From: Candidatus Heimdallarchaeota archaeon
GTDB lineage: Archaea; Asgardarchaeota; Heimdallarchaeia; Heimdallarchaeales; Heimdallarchaeaceae
Direction of reading: 5' to 3'
Length of the DNA: 64,000 nt
Assembly: GCA_019057815.1 (NCBI GenBank)
Contig: JAHLWR010000001.1
Location: 224,001 to 288,000, forward strand
Below the pieces are notes generated by a model. That model did not search any database, was not told the origin of the DNA, and saw only the letters and a list, made by a program, of their open reading frames with translations. Both the position numbers and the translations under genes were made by a program. Numbering within the stretch: the first letter of the stretch is position 1; each line of letters starts with the position of its first letter. Positions 39,955-49,470 of the stretch are shown here, piece by piece.

Positions 39955-40016
39955 TATATTATTCTCCGTGTAGTTTCCTAAAGAATCAAGAATTCTTTAC
40001 ATTTTTAAATTTTATG

Positions 40017-40031
40017 AAGAAGAAGAAGAAG
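40017..40031. repeat. (AAG)5 trinucleotide repeat, read as (CTT)5 Leu codons on the leuS strand
   Basis: Direct reading of the sequence. Confidence 0.85.
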
Positions 40032-40260
40032 TTGGCGTAATTGGGCTGTTTGGTGCTCACACACTAGTAAACAAGCGTATTAGAAATTGTTTTATCATCG
40101 TTCACACCTTTTGAAACATAACTTGCATTCTTGAAGAATGAAATAACAAGAATTTGTTATTTATTTTTATGTTCATTTATTCAGTTTAATGAACTGTCGT
40201 TATATCATTGACTTTTTAAGTTGCTAAAAAACGACCACATAGGAATATCGAGGTTATATA

Positions 40261-41073
40261 ATGCAAGCTAATATCCAAACAGAAGAGGACAAAATAATTG
40301 AGGGAATACTAAGCAAGTTTAAGCATAAATTTGCTGTTTTAAGTGGAAAAGGTGGTACAGGAAAAACTACCATAACAGTAAACATTGCACAAACATTAGC
40401 CAATCTAGGTTATAAAGTAGGAGTTTTAGATTCAGATATAACAGGACCTAATATCCCATTAATGTTTGGGGTTGAGCACGCAACTTTACAATCAAAAGAC
40501 AATAAAATCCTTCCAATAGAAGTCGGCAATATAAAAATCGTTTCAATCGAATTCTTACTTGAGGATAAAAGCAAAGCTATAATTTGGCGAGGTCCTATGA
40601 AAATTAAGGCTTTAAAACAGCTTATAAAAGATGTTGAATGGGGAGAGTTAGACTTTTTCATAGTAGATTTACCTCCTGGAAGCAGTGACGAACCATTAAG
40701 CATAGTACAAACAATAAAAGATCTGGATGGAATGGTTATAGTTACCACACCACAAGAAGTATCGCTACTAGATGTTAAGAAATCAATCAACTTTGCTGAA
40801 GTTACCAATGTTCCAATTATAGGTATCATAGAAAACATGAGTGGTTTTAAGTGTCAACACTGTAATGAAATAACATACATCTTCAAAAAAGACGGTGGAA
40901 AAAATATTGCTAAAGATCTTTCTCTCGATTTTCTAGGAGTCATTCCTATAATACCTGAAATCTGTGAGGCTGGCGATATAGGTGAACCCGCTGTAAATAC
41001 TAATGATGCGACGAAAAATGTATTCCTTGAAATAGTTAATAAAATAATTAACAAGACTTCAAATAAGGCTTAA
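40261..41073 (+). CDS. Mrp/NBP35 Fe-S carrier ATPase
   Basis: SGKGGTGKTT, DSDITGP, IWRGP, DLPPG, VTTPQ, ENMSGFKCQHC motifs. Confidence 0.93.
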   Translation: MQANIQTEEDKIIEGILSKFKHKFAVLSGKGGTGKTTITVNIAQTLANLGYKVGVLDSDITGPNIPLMFGVEHATLQSKDNKILPIEVGNIKIVSIEFLLEDKSKAIIWRGPMKIKALKQLIKDVEWGELDFFIVDLPPGSSDEPLSIVQTIKDLDGMVIVTTPQEVSLLDVKKSINFAEVTNVPIIGIIENMSGFKCQHCNEITYIFKKDGGKNIAKDLSLDFLGVIPIIPEICEAGDIGEPAVNTNDATKNVFLEIVNKIINKTSNKA

Positions 41074-41100
41074 TCCTTATTTTTCTCATTTTTCTAGAAA

Positions 41101-41619
41101 TCATTCTTTGAACATAGCATTTTCTTGTCTAAGCATTCGTTTTTTCATCGGGTGGTTACTTTTTCCTGCAAATTTACCTATTTTACCACTAGAAAGAATT
41201 ACTCTATGACAAGGAACTATTGGCCCAAATCTGTTTTTCATCATAACATTGCCAACAAAACGAGCGCCATACGGAACGCCAACTCTTTTGGCTAGTTCTC
41301 CATAGGAAACAACTTCTCCTGCAGGTACTTTTAGAAGTTCATTTAAAACATCAATTTCTTTTTCCGTAAATCCACTAAAATCAAAATTAATTTTTGGTAA
41401 ATCAAAAGATGTGCCATTCACAATATCATTGATAGCATCTAAAATTGGATGATCTCTTTCTTCAATTTCCACTTCTTCTTTTGCTATTTTTGATAAATAT
41501 GCAACAGCTTCTTTTTTGTTTTTGAAAGAATAAGAAGTATAATATAATTTTTCTTCATTAAGAAGTATACCTGTCCATGAATCCTTATTTTTTGATACAA
41601 TAATCTTCATCTTATACAC
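41101..41619 (-). CDS. ogt: Methylated-DNA--protein-cysteine methyltransferase
   Basis: VSYGELA...ARFVG...IVPCHRV active-site motif. Confidence 0.93.
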   Translation of the reverse strand: MYKMKIIVSKNKDSWTGILLNEEKLYYTSYSFKNKKEAVAYLSKIAKEEVEIEERDHPILDAINDIVNGTSFDLPKINFDFSGFTEKEIDVLNELLKVPAGEVVSYGELAKRVGVPYGARFVGNVMMKNRFGPIVPCHRVILSSGKIGKFAGKSNHPMKKRMLRQENAMFKE

Positions 41620-41672
41620 AACATTTTTCTATTATTTCACTATATAAAACTTACATCAGAAAAAGGGTAATA

Positions 41673-42722
41673 GTGAAACAGCTGAAAGAGAAGATGCTCA
41701 AATACCTTAAAAAGGCGTGTCCAAACAAAAAAGATTTACAAATCAACGAATTTTGCAATATTACTACTGGATGGGAGACAGAGATATTTTCGTTTACACT
41801 AGTATTTCAGGAAAATGGAAACGAAAAGCAAGAAGAGTTAATCTTAAGGATGTATTTAGGTAATTTAGCAGAAAATAAAGCTGTGAAAGAATACAAATCT
41901 ATGAAAAAACTTTTTGAAGCAAAATATCCAGTTCCTGAACCCTTGTTGGTTGAAAAAGATTCATCTATTCTAGGAAAACCTTTCATGATGATGGAGAAAA
42001 TTGATGGAGAAAACATGGGAAAAAGGTTTCTTATAGCACTTGAAACTAGCGATCAAGAAATAATTGACAACATGATAATACCCAAGTTTTGTGAACTTTT
42101 TATTAATCTTCATGATTTGGATTGGGTGTCTATTTCTGATGAAAGAATCAAGCATGTATACTCAAATCCATACAGTTTCATAGTAAACCATCTATCCAAT
42201 TTTGAAAAGAAACTTGATTATTTCAATAAGGGGGAGCTAAGACCGATTACCAAATGGTTAGCAGATAGAATAATAAATGTTCCTTGTTATAAAATGTCAG
42301 TTATACACCAAGATTTTCACCCTCATAACATACTAATAACTAAAAACGAAAGATATTATGTTATAGATTGGTCAAGTTGTAGTATTGGAGATTTTAGATT
42401 AGATTTGGGGTGGACATTACTACTAACATATGCTTTCACATCAAAAGAAATTCGAGATAAAATCTTATCGACATATGAAAATCTATCTGGGTGGAAAGTA
42501 GAAGAGATTGAATTCTTTGAAGTTTTAGCTATTTGTAGAAGATTATTTGACATATCTATCTCATTTAATCAGGGAGCTGAAGAGCTAGGAATGCGTAAAC
42601 AAGCAGTAGAAAAAATGAAAGAGAGTGGTTTTCATATAAAGAGGGTTTATTCTTTATTGCAAGAAAAAACTGGTATCTCAATAAAAGAGATAGAAAACCT
42701 AATTAGAGAAATATCAGAATAG
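41673..42722 (+). CDS. Aminoglycoside-phosphotransferase/choline-kinase-like protein
   Basis: ILRMY, PVPEP, MMMEKIDG, HQDFHPHNIL and VIDW motifs. Confidence 0.87.
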   Translation: MKQLKEKMLKYLKKACPNKKDLQINEFCNITTGWETEIFSFTLVFQENGNEKQEELILRMYLGNLAENKAVKEYKSMKKLFEAKYPVPEPLLVEKDSSILGKPFMMMEKIDGENMGKRFLIALETSDQEIIDNMIIPKFCELFINLHDLDWVSISDERIKHVYSNPYSFIVNHLSNFEKKLDYFNKGELRPITKWLADRIINVPCYKMSVIHQDFHPHNILITKNERYYVIDWSSCSIGDFRLDLGWTLLLTYAFTSKEIRDKILSTYENLSGWKVEEIEFFEVLAICRRLFDISISFNQGAEELGMRKQAVEKMKESGFHIKRVYSLLQEKTGISIKEIENLIREISE

Positions 42723-42878
42723 AAAAACGTTCTATCTTGATATTTGGCAATTTTTAGTTGCCAAATGAGCATTTTCCATTTTCTGTAAAATCTATTAATC
42801 ATTATGTAACCTCAAAAAAATCTCGAAAAAAGACAATAAAATATAAATAAAAAGTCTACAAAGATAAATGGGATAAAA

Positions 42879-43400
42879 ATGTCAGATAATAGTAAAACTG
42901 GTAACTGGACAAAAATCATTAAAGCAGTCAGAACACCTATTGCTTATTTCACTCTTTTGGCACTTATTATTGAATCAACCCTTATTGCTTTAGGAAAAGA
43001 CCATATTGAAGTTGTAATTGGTGGATTGGCGCTAATAGGTTTACTCATAGTTGTTGTTGGACTTATTTTATGGAAGAAACCTGAAGTCTTCAATCCTAAA
43101 ACACCGTTTATCATTGGTTTTGATTTTCCTAATATTGTAGATCTCAATGTTGATCAATGTACAATGCTAGTTCGTGACAACGTGCAAGAAAATAAATATA
43201 AGGGAAGGGCTAATATTACAGACGACTTTGGAAACTGGGTTCTTTCGTTGAATCATCCAAATTCCCCTTTGACTGTTGATTATTCAGACTCAATTGATAT
43301 TACACTTGTTGAAATGCCGGATGATAATGGTAATATAAAAAAGTGGACAACACGTCCATTTAAAGTCAATAAAATTCTAAAAAAGGTGAAAAAGCTATGA
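42879..43400 (+). CDS. Hypothetical 2-TM membrane protein with C-terminal beta domain
   Basis: Two N-terminal TM helices; its stop overlaps (ATGA) the start of the YEATS gene. Confidence 0.75.
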   Translation: MSDNSKTGNWTKIIKAVRTPIAYFTLLALIIESTLIALGKDHIEVVIGGLALIGLLIVVVGLILWKKPEVFNPKTPFIIGFDFPNIVDLNVDQCTMLVRDNVQENKYKGRANITDDFGNWVLSLNHPNSPLTVDYSDSIDITLVEMPDDNGNIKKWTTRPFKVNKILKKVKKL

Positions 43401-43699
43401 ATAAACAAATAGAATTCAAATTTAACAATGATGCAAAATCCTTGCCTAACATCTCTAGAGGAAACTACACATGGTATGAATGGACAATTTATATGGACGA
43501 AGACGATTCTAAACTGGATTCAGTTGATAAAGTCGAGTACCACTTACATCCAAGTTTTCCTGATCCGATTCAAGTTGTAACAAACCGTGACACAAAGTTT
43601 GCTTTTAGTGCAAGAGGATGGGGAACATTTCGAATTGATATCGTAATCTACCTCAAAGATGGTACAGAAGCACATGCTCATCACAATCTTAAGTTCTAG
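43397..43699 (+). CDS. Stand-alone prokaryotic YEATS-domain protein
   Basis: YEWTIY...VDKVEYHLHPSFPDP...SARGWGTFRIDIVIY, carrying the YEATS LHPSF and GWG-x-F hallmarks. Confidence 0.9.
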   Translation: MNKQIEFKFNNDAKSLPNISRGNYTWYEWTIYMDEDDSKLDSVDKVEYHLHPSFPDPIQVVTNRDTKFAFSARGWGTFRIDIVIYLKDGTEAHAHHNLKF

Positions 43700-43842
43700 A
43701 TAGCTTAAGAAAACAAATACTATTTCACCGCTAATAGAATCGGAAAATTGGCAGAAAAATCACTAAAGAATATATTACTAGGAAATTACAGACATTAATA
43801 GCAAGGAAAGCACTACTTCTCACATAAGGATATAGATAAACT

Positions 43843-44535
43843 ATGGATTCGGAAAAAAAAGTTAGTTTTCCTTATAGAGGAGAGCACATTGAAGGGATAA
43901 TCAAACGATTGAATCGGAAAACAGTAACAGTCATTGTCAATGATCAGATTCTATTTAGAGTACCTTACCAATTATTAACTCCAATAATTAAACCTCCTCT
44001 GAAAAAAAACATGAAAAAGAATGCTTATACAAATAAAAAATGGACAAAAGAGCAGAACAGAGATTATAAAAAGTCCAATAATGCGGAAATTTATTTACCA
44101 TCTAAGAACACGTTAATATCATTAAAAACAAATGTAAAAATGCTTGCAAAGACGTTAAAAAATGAAGACAATATCATGATAAAACAATACTCAAATAGTA
44201 TTATAGAGGAACTAAATACTGAATATAAACTTCCCTCATTGCCAGTATTTACTGGTGGAAAACGAAGATTAACAAGAAGTGGGAACCAATATTATGGTGT
44301 TCATAGAACAAGAGGAGGAGAAAATAAACATTCATCAATTTCGGTATATAGTAGAACAGCTAAAACGCAAAAATATGTAGCTCCTAAGACCTTTTTGAGA
44401 ACGCTAATTCATGAGTGGTCTCATTCTTTCGATAGGTATAAGTTGAAATTATCAAGCACTTATCATACAAAAGGATTTTACGAACGAGTTAACTTAATTT
44501 ACAACGAGCTAAAAAAGCCTTTAGAAAAAAATTGA
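43843..44535 (+). CDS. Putative SprT-like Zn metalloprotease with N-terminal SH3/KOW-like domain
   Basis: TLIHEWSH (HExxH) followed by YHTKGFY; very basic; N-terminal GIIKRLNRKTVTV. Confidence 0.72.
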   Translation: MDSEKKVSFPYRGEHIEGIIKRLNRKTVTVIVNDQILFRVPYQLLTPIIKPPLKKNMKKNAYTNKKWTKEQNRDYKKSNNAEIYLPSKNTLISLKTNVKMLAKTLKNEDNIMIKQYSNSIIEELNTEYKLPSLPVFTGGKRRLTRSGNQYYGVHRTRGGENKHSSISVYSRTAKTQKYVAPKTFLRTLIHEWSHSFDRYKLKLSSTYHTKGFYERVNLIYNELKKPLEKN

Positions 44536-44656
44536 CACAGTAACCTTTTCTTTAAGTTTCTAAGACACGTTGAAATAGTGTTTTGGATAGCAGGTTTTTA
44601 AGGTGAAATAAGGTTTTTGCGGGTTTTAAATAGTTTGGAATTAAATAATTTATGAA

Positions 44657-45685
44657 ATGAGTATAGAGCTTCGCAATGTTTCCAAGTCATTCAATAAACG
44701 GGGGAGAAAAATACATGCTTTAGATGATATATCTCTCAAAATTAAGCAAGGCGAATTTCTTGGACTGCTTGGACCAAATGGAGCTGGAAAAACGACACTT
44801 ACTAAAATCCTCTCAACATTACTTTTACCAACCTCTGGAGAAGCTTACATCAACGATATTCCGATAACAGAGGATAAAAAAATAAGAAAAATAATCAGTA
44901 CAGCTTTTGGTGAAAGTGGCGGAAGGAGTCTTTACTACAGATTATCTATTGAGGATAATCTAAGATTTTATGCTACTCTAGCTGGTGTTCAAAAAAAAGA
45001 AGCTCAAAATAGAATTGCTGCTTTGTTAAAGTATTTTGATTTAGAAGAAAAAAGAAAAACGCTTGTAATGAAACTTAGTACGGGAATGAAGGCAAAAGTG
45101 GTACTCATTAGATCGCTAATTCCTTTACCTCAAGTTCTTTTATTGGATGAACCCACACTAGGGTTTGATGCTATTTCTTCTGAAAAAGCTAAAAATTTAC
45201 TTGCAGATTTTAATAAAGAGTTTGGGACTACAATTCTATTAACTAGTCATAATTTTTCAGAAATTGATGCGCTAACAAGAAGAATCATATTAATCGATCA
45301 AGGGAAAATGGTTGAAGATTGTGCCCCCTTTGCATTTAAGAAAGTAGCATCTCAAGAACTTGTAGATGTTATTTTTTCCGTACCTAATTTTCAAAAAGAA
45401 ATATTTAGTGAAATAATTCGTCAAGTAGCCCATGCCAAAATTATCCGTCTAGTTGAGAGCACAAATTACGTAAATTCATATGAAGCTCAAATACAAGCCG
45501 AACGTTATCCTTTGAATGAAACCATTTCCTTAATTACAGTTTTAATTTTAGAACGTGGAGGGAAAGTTTTCAAGATAGCTCCCTTCATACCAAGCTTGAA
45601 GGAGTCTTTTCTTGCTTTTCTTAAAATCAAAGAGGAACAAGAGAAAGAGACTATTCTTTCGATCCCTATTGAAATGGTGGAGTAA
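44657..45685 (+). CDS. ABC-2 exporter ATP-binding protein
   Basis: GPNGAGKTT, LSTGMK and LLLDEPT motifs. Confidence 0.92.
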   Translation: MSIELRNVSKSFNKRGRKIHALDDISLKIKQGEFLGLLGPNGAGKTTLTKILSTLLLPTSGEAYINDIPITEDKKIRKIISTAFGESGGRSLYYRLSIEDNLRFYATLAGVQKKEAQNRIAALLKYFDLEEKRKTLVMKLSTGMKAKVVLIRSLIPLPQVLLLDEPTLGFDAISSEKAKNLLADFNKEFGTTILLTSHNFSEIDALTRRIILIDQGKMVEDCAPFAFKKVASQELVDVIFSVPNFQKEIFSEIIRQVAHAKIIRLVESTNYVNSYEAQIQAERYPLNETISLITVLILERGGKVFKIAPFIPSLKESFLAFLKIKEEQEKETILSIPIEMVE

Positions 45686-45687
45686 TA

Positions 45688-46548
45688 ATGGCAACTATTA
45701 ATCAGGTTTTGAACTCTTTCAGTCATCCTACAGCTTATAGCTCCTTTTTCACACGAATTAAAGCAATTTTTATCACCAGAGTTAAAATGGCTTTAAATTA
45801 CAAAAGCAGCTACTTAATGGTAGTTCTTCTTAACCTGGTTACTATTTTTATTTACTTTTTTTATGGTAAACTAAATCCAAATCTAAGTGTTTTTGGTATT
45901 AATGCAGCTTATTTTGAATTTGTGTTTATTGGTCTCTCGTTACAAATGCTGATAGGAACTACACTATCAACTGTAAACGGAGGTATCCACCAAGAAATAC
46001 TTACAGGAACGTGGTCACATACTTTATTGCACTTCAATTTTATTGAATATGCGATTGGTACAGCTCTGGCAGGTGCTTTTCTTTCCTCCTTTTCTATTTT
46101 AGCAGCACTTATTGTATCACAAATTTTTCTTGGATTGCAAATAGTTTTTTCTTTGTTTCAAATAATTATGATTTTCCTTCTTCTAATCTTATTAATAATC
46201 TCCCACATAACAATTTCGATGCTTTTTAGTGCTTTCATAATTTGGTACAAAAAAGATAATGGTCTTGTTTCGTTGATCTATCAATTGACAAAAACTTTTT
46301 CTGGAGTTGTTTTCCCGATAGCACTTCTAAGTGGGTTCCCATTATTTATTTCGAAAATCCTTCCCTTGACTTATGGGCTTCAATCTATGCAAATGGTGAT
46401 TTTCAATCCGGGAGAAGACTTTACGATAGTTCTTCTAAATGCCTTATTCTTGTTAGGTTTTACTATAATAGTTGGATATATATCTTGGATTCTGACTAAA
46501 ATTAGTATAAGAAATTCAAAAATCAAAGGAACAGTGGATGATTATTAG
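45688..46548 (+). CDS. ABC-2 type permease
   Basis: About 6 TM segments; EILTGTW, FSGVVFPI, LPLTY. Confidence 0.87.
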   Translation: MATINQVLNSFSHPTAYSSFFTRIKAIFITRVKMALNYKSSYLMVVLLNLVTIFIYFFYGKLNPNLSVFGINAAYFEFVFIGLSLQMLIGTTLSTVNGGIHQEILTGTWSHTLLHFNFIEYAIGTALAGAFLSSFSILAALIVSQIFLGLQIVFSLFQIIMIFLLLILLIISHITISMLFSAFIIWYKKDNGLVSLIYQLTKTFSGVVFPIALLSGFPLFISKILPLTYGLQSMQMVIFNPGEDFTIVLLNALFLLGFTIIVGYISWILTKISIRNSKIKGTVDDY

Positions 46549-47438
46549 TGAGCACTAAAATCATACAACAAGTTAGAAAAACGTTTGATTCTACGATTCC
46601 CAACTCTTCAAACTCATTTTTTTGTGGATTCCTTCAGACATTAAAACGAAATATTAAAATCATCTGGCAGTATAGATTCCTGCTGATTAAAGGATTTCTT
46701 AGCACATTAACAGTTGTGTCTCTATACTACTTTATTTCTTTACTTATAGAAAGTGGAATAATAGAAAATGATGGATATAGAATCTCCAGTGTGTCTTTTA
46801 TTTTTGTTGGTATAATTATTGTTGAAATAACCGCTAAAACAATCACAAGTACTCTAGGTTCCTTTCAAAACGAAATGAGACAAGGTACCTTTGAAGCTTT
46901 AATCACAACACAGTTTGGTTTGAAGAAGTATATATATGCGGAAACCTTTGCAGAGGTAGTCTACACTCTTGTTTTAAACATTATTTATTATATACCAGTT
47001 TTTTTCATTTTTCCACTTTTAAGAGACGTTTCAGTAACATTATCTTCATCATTAACAATTTTATTATTACTGTTTTTCACATTTGTTTTTTTTACTTCTT
47101 TAGCACTTGTAGGAGCAAATTTTACTGTTTTAATTAAAAAAGGAAGGGAGATCTCCATGGTTATTGTTGGTTTTTTATTGTTATTAAGTGGAAGTTTGTT
47201 TCCTTTGAGCGTTTTTCCAAATTGGTTGAGAATGATAGCACAAATTTCTCCTCTTACACAAGTAGTCAAGGCTATCCGTTTCTGTTTATTTGGGCAAGGA
47301 ATAATAACTGATTCCATAGTATGGATTGCTCTATTGGTTCTTGTAGCAGGTTCATTAATTCTCTTTGTAGTTTTCCAAATATTATTCAAATCAATCTACA
47401 AGAGGATACAACATAAAGGAACATTTCATGAATACTGA
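46548..47438 (+). CDS. ABC-2 type permease
   Basis: EMRQGTFE, LSGSLFPL, SPLT; paralog of the preceding gene. Confidence 0.87.
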   Translation: MSTKIIQQVRKTFDSTIPNSSNSFFCGFLQTLKRNIKIIWQYRFLLIKGFLSTLTVVSLYYFISLLIESGIIENDGYRISSVSFIFVGIIIVEITAKTITSTLGSFQNEMRQGTFEALITTQFGLKKYIYAETFAEVVYTLVLNIIYYIPVFFIFPLLRDVSVTLSSSLTILLLLFFTFVFFTSLALVGANFTVLIKKGREISMVIVGFLLLLSGSLFPLSVFPNWLRMIAQISPLTQVVKAIRFCLFGQGIITDSIVWIALLVLVAGSLILFVVFQILFKSIYKRIQHKGTFHEY

Positions 47439-47494
47439 AGAAAAAATGGTATCTTCTACTCCCCACAAATTCTATAAGTTAATAATTAATTGAA

Positions 47495-48358
47495 TTAATA
47501 ATCAAATGATAATTGCGTGCCGACATGGCATGGTTTAACAATATTTTCTCCAAAGCGCGCTTTCAACTGTTCAATAATGTGGTTTCCTGTACAGTGATTT
47601 AGGTAGAGTTGGGGAGTCCCATAACGCGATTCAAGAATGTCACCAACATGAGTTACTTCATCTCCAGTAAAAGCTACCATATGTGTTCCACCTAAAATGG
47701 AATGGATTTTTTCGTCTTTATGGTTTTCAGCGACTTGTTTGAGAACATTCAACAAACCTGCATGACAACAACCACAGATAAGAACTAAACCTTTTTTTGT
47801 TTTCAACACCAAAGAAAGATCATCTAACATTGGATCACGAACCCATTTTCTTCCCTCTTTGTGGATTAAACGTTCACTAGTTCCATCTCTTTCCTCTCTA
47901 TTAAGAACAACTCCTGAAGTGTATAACCAAGGTGTTATTTGATAAGGTGTCTCAACAAATTTGAATTTAAGTTTTTTAAGTGGTTTTTTTTCAATTTTCG
48001 GCATCCCTATATCGTATTTATAAGAAAACCAGAACTTTTTTCCTCTTGCTTTTTTACTTTCCAAGATGGAGGGATGAGCAATGGTTAGCAGGGGATTCTG
48101 AGATTTCCTTAATCTTAATAATTCTTCTAAACCACCAGTGTGGTCATAATGTCCATGACTAAAGACTAAGTAATCGATTGTACTGGAACTAATGTTCATC
48201 AAAGCAAAATTATGAAATAAGTCTTTACCATTCAATCCTGTATCATAAAGGATTTTTGTGCTTTCAGTTTCAATAAAAAATGACTGACCATGACCTTTTT
48301 TCAAGTTTGAACCTTGCATAGCAGTGTTGTTGTAAACGTTAGTAACAGTAATTTTCAT
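47495..48358 (-). CDS. MBL-fold metallo-hydrolase (dihydropteroate-synthase-like archaeal family)
   Basis: YDTG, SHGHYDHTGG, GCCHAG, GGTH and HCTG motifs. Confidence 0.88.
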   Translation of the reverse strand: MKITVTNVYNNTAMQGSNLKKGHGQSFFIETESTKILYDTGLNGKDLFHNFALMNISSSTIDYLVFSHGHYDHTGGLEELLRLRKSQNPLLTIAHPSILESKKARGKKFWFSYKYDIGMPKIEKKPLKKLKFKFVETPYQITPWLYTSGVVLNREERDGTSERLIHKEGRKWVRDPMLDDLSLVLKTKKGLVLICGCCHAGLLNVLKQVAENHKDEKIHSILGGTHMVAFTGDEVTHVGDILESRYGTPQLYLNHCTGNHIIEQLKARFGENIVKPCHVGTQLSFDY

Positions 48359-48558
48359 TGTTAAAACATTTTTTACTCATAATATTTAATTATATGCTAC
48401 TATTTAGAATTTCAGAATGAGAAAGAACTGGAAAACTTTTGTCTGTTAATTAGGATTGATTATCATTTTTTCGTGGACTCTATCAACATTGCTACCATTA
48501 GGATAAAGGAAACTTCCTTCTTATTCTTCTAGAATAAACATTTATTTTTAGCAAATAA

Positions 48559-49272
48559 CTAAAAAGAGCTTGCAACTGCTATGTATATTGCTGTATAATG
48601 CAGTGAACCACCAAGTAAAACAAATAAATGCCATATATCGTGGAATTCAAAAATGCCAGGTAAAGGCTTATTCTTGTTAAAGCTATGAATAATTGCACCT
48701 ATTGTAAAAGAAAGACCACCTGCCAATACTAGCATAAGAGAAGAAATGGGTATATTAGCTATTAGCTGTTTGAAGGGTAAAACCGCCATCCATCCCATTG
48801 AAATATACATCCCCACTTCTACCCATCTAGGGAAATCTAAAACAAAAGGAGTCAGAATCAAACCCAAACCTACAATAGACCACTGTGCTATGATAATTCC
48901 CCATTTCCAAGCGCCATCTAAATAGATGTAAGCGATAGGAGTGTATGTTCCAGCAATCATAAAAAAAATAGCAATATGGTCAAATATCCGCCATAAATTG
49001 TATTCATCTTCCTTTTTCTTCAAAGAATGATAAAAAAAACTTGCAGCAAACAGTAAACAAATGGAGAAACCATAGACATATGTGACAATCATATTTGGAG
49101 TATTTCTTGCTAACCAAACTAACACAACAGAACCTACTATAGAAGCAATCAAACCAACTAGGTGAGAGTATGCAGAGAATCTTTCCTTTTTTAGCAATGT
49201 TGTGTCAACTCTTTCTTTTCTAATATCAATGAGAGTGAAACCCTTATTCTTAAAGATTTCAATGAAACCCAT
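48559..49272 (-). CDS. Hemolysin III / PAQR-family membrane protein
   Basis: SFFYH, DHIAIFFMIAGTYTP and FHDIWHLFV motifs. Confidence 0.92.
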   Translation of the reverse strand: MGFIEIFKNKGFTLIDIRKERVDTTLLKKERFSAYSHLVGLIASIVGSVVLVWLARNTPNMIVTYVYGFSICLLFAASFFYHSLKKKEDEYNLWRIFDHIAIFFMIAGTYTPIAYIYLDGAWKWGIIIAQWSIVGLGLILTPFVLDFPRWVEVGMYISMGWMAVLPFKQLIANIPISSLMLVLAGGLSFTIGAIIHSFNKNKPLPGIFEFHDIWHLFVLLGGSLHYTAIYIAVASSF

Positions 49273-49331
49273 AAAAAAAGGTTTACAGTTTTTAAGCGCG
49301 CATTTTTCTAGAAATATTGCGATGCGATAGG

Positions 49332-49392
49332 TTTATATATCAGATTAAAGAATATACTATTGAACAAAAAGTTCAATACTCATAGTTCAATA
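49332..49392 (+). promoter_or_regulatory. Heat-shock operon promoter: TATA box plus palindromic operator TATTGAAC-N5-GTTCAATA and an extra half-site
   Basis: TTTATATA at 49332-49339; perfect 8-bp inverted repeat at 49358-49365/49371-49378; third GTTCAATA at 49385-49392. Confidence 0.75.
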
Positions 49393-49470
49393 CGAAACAC
49401 TTCGGATAATTTGCTATAAACTTTTGGAAAAAAGGGGTTTATAGCAGAAAATTGAGATTGGTGATAATAT

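Noticed and set aside
40057-40059. TGA followed by an open frame, considered as possible selenocysteine read-through
   Set aside because: No redox motif and no recognisable SECIS element.
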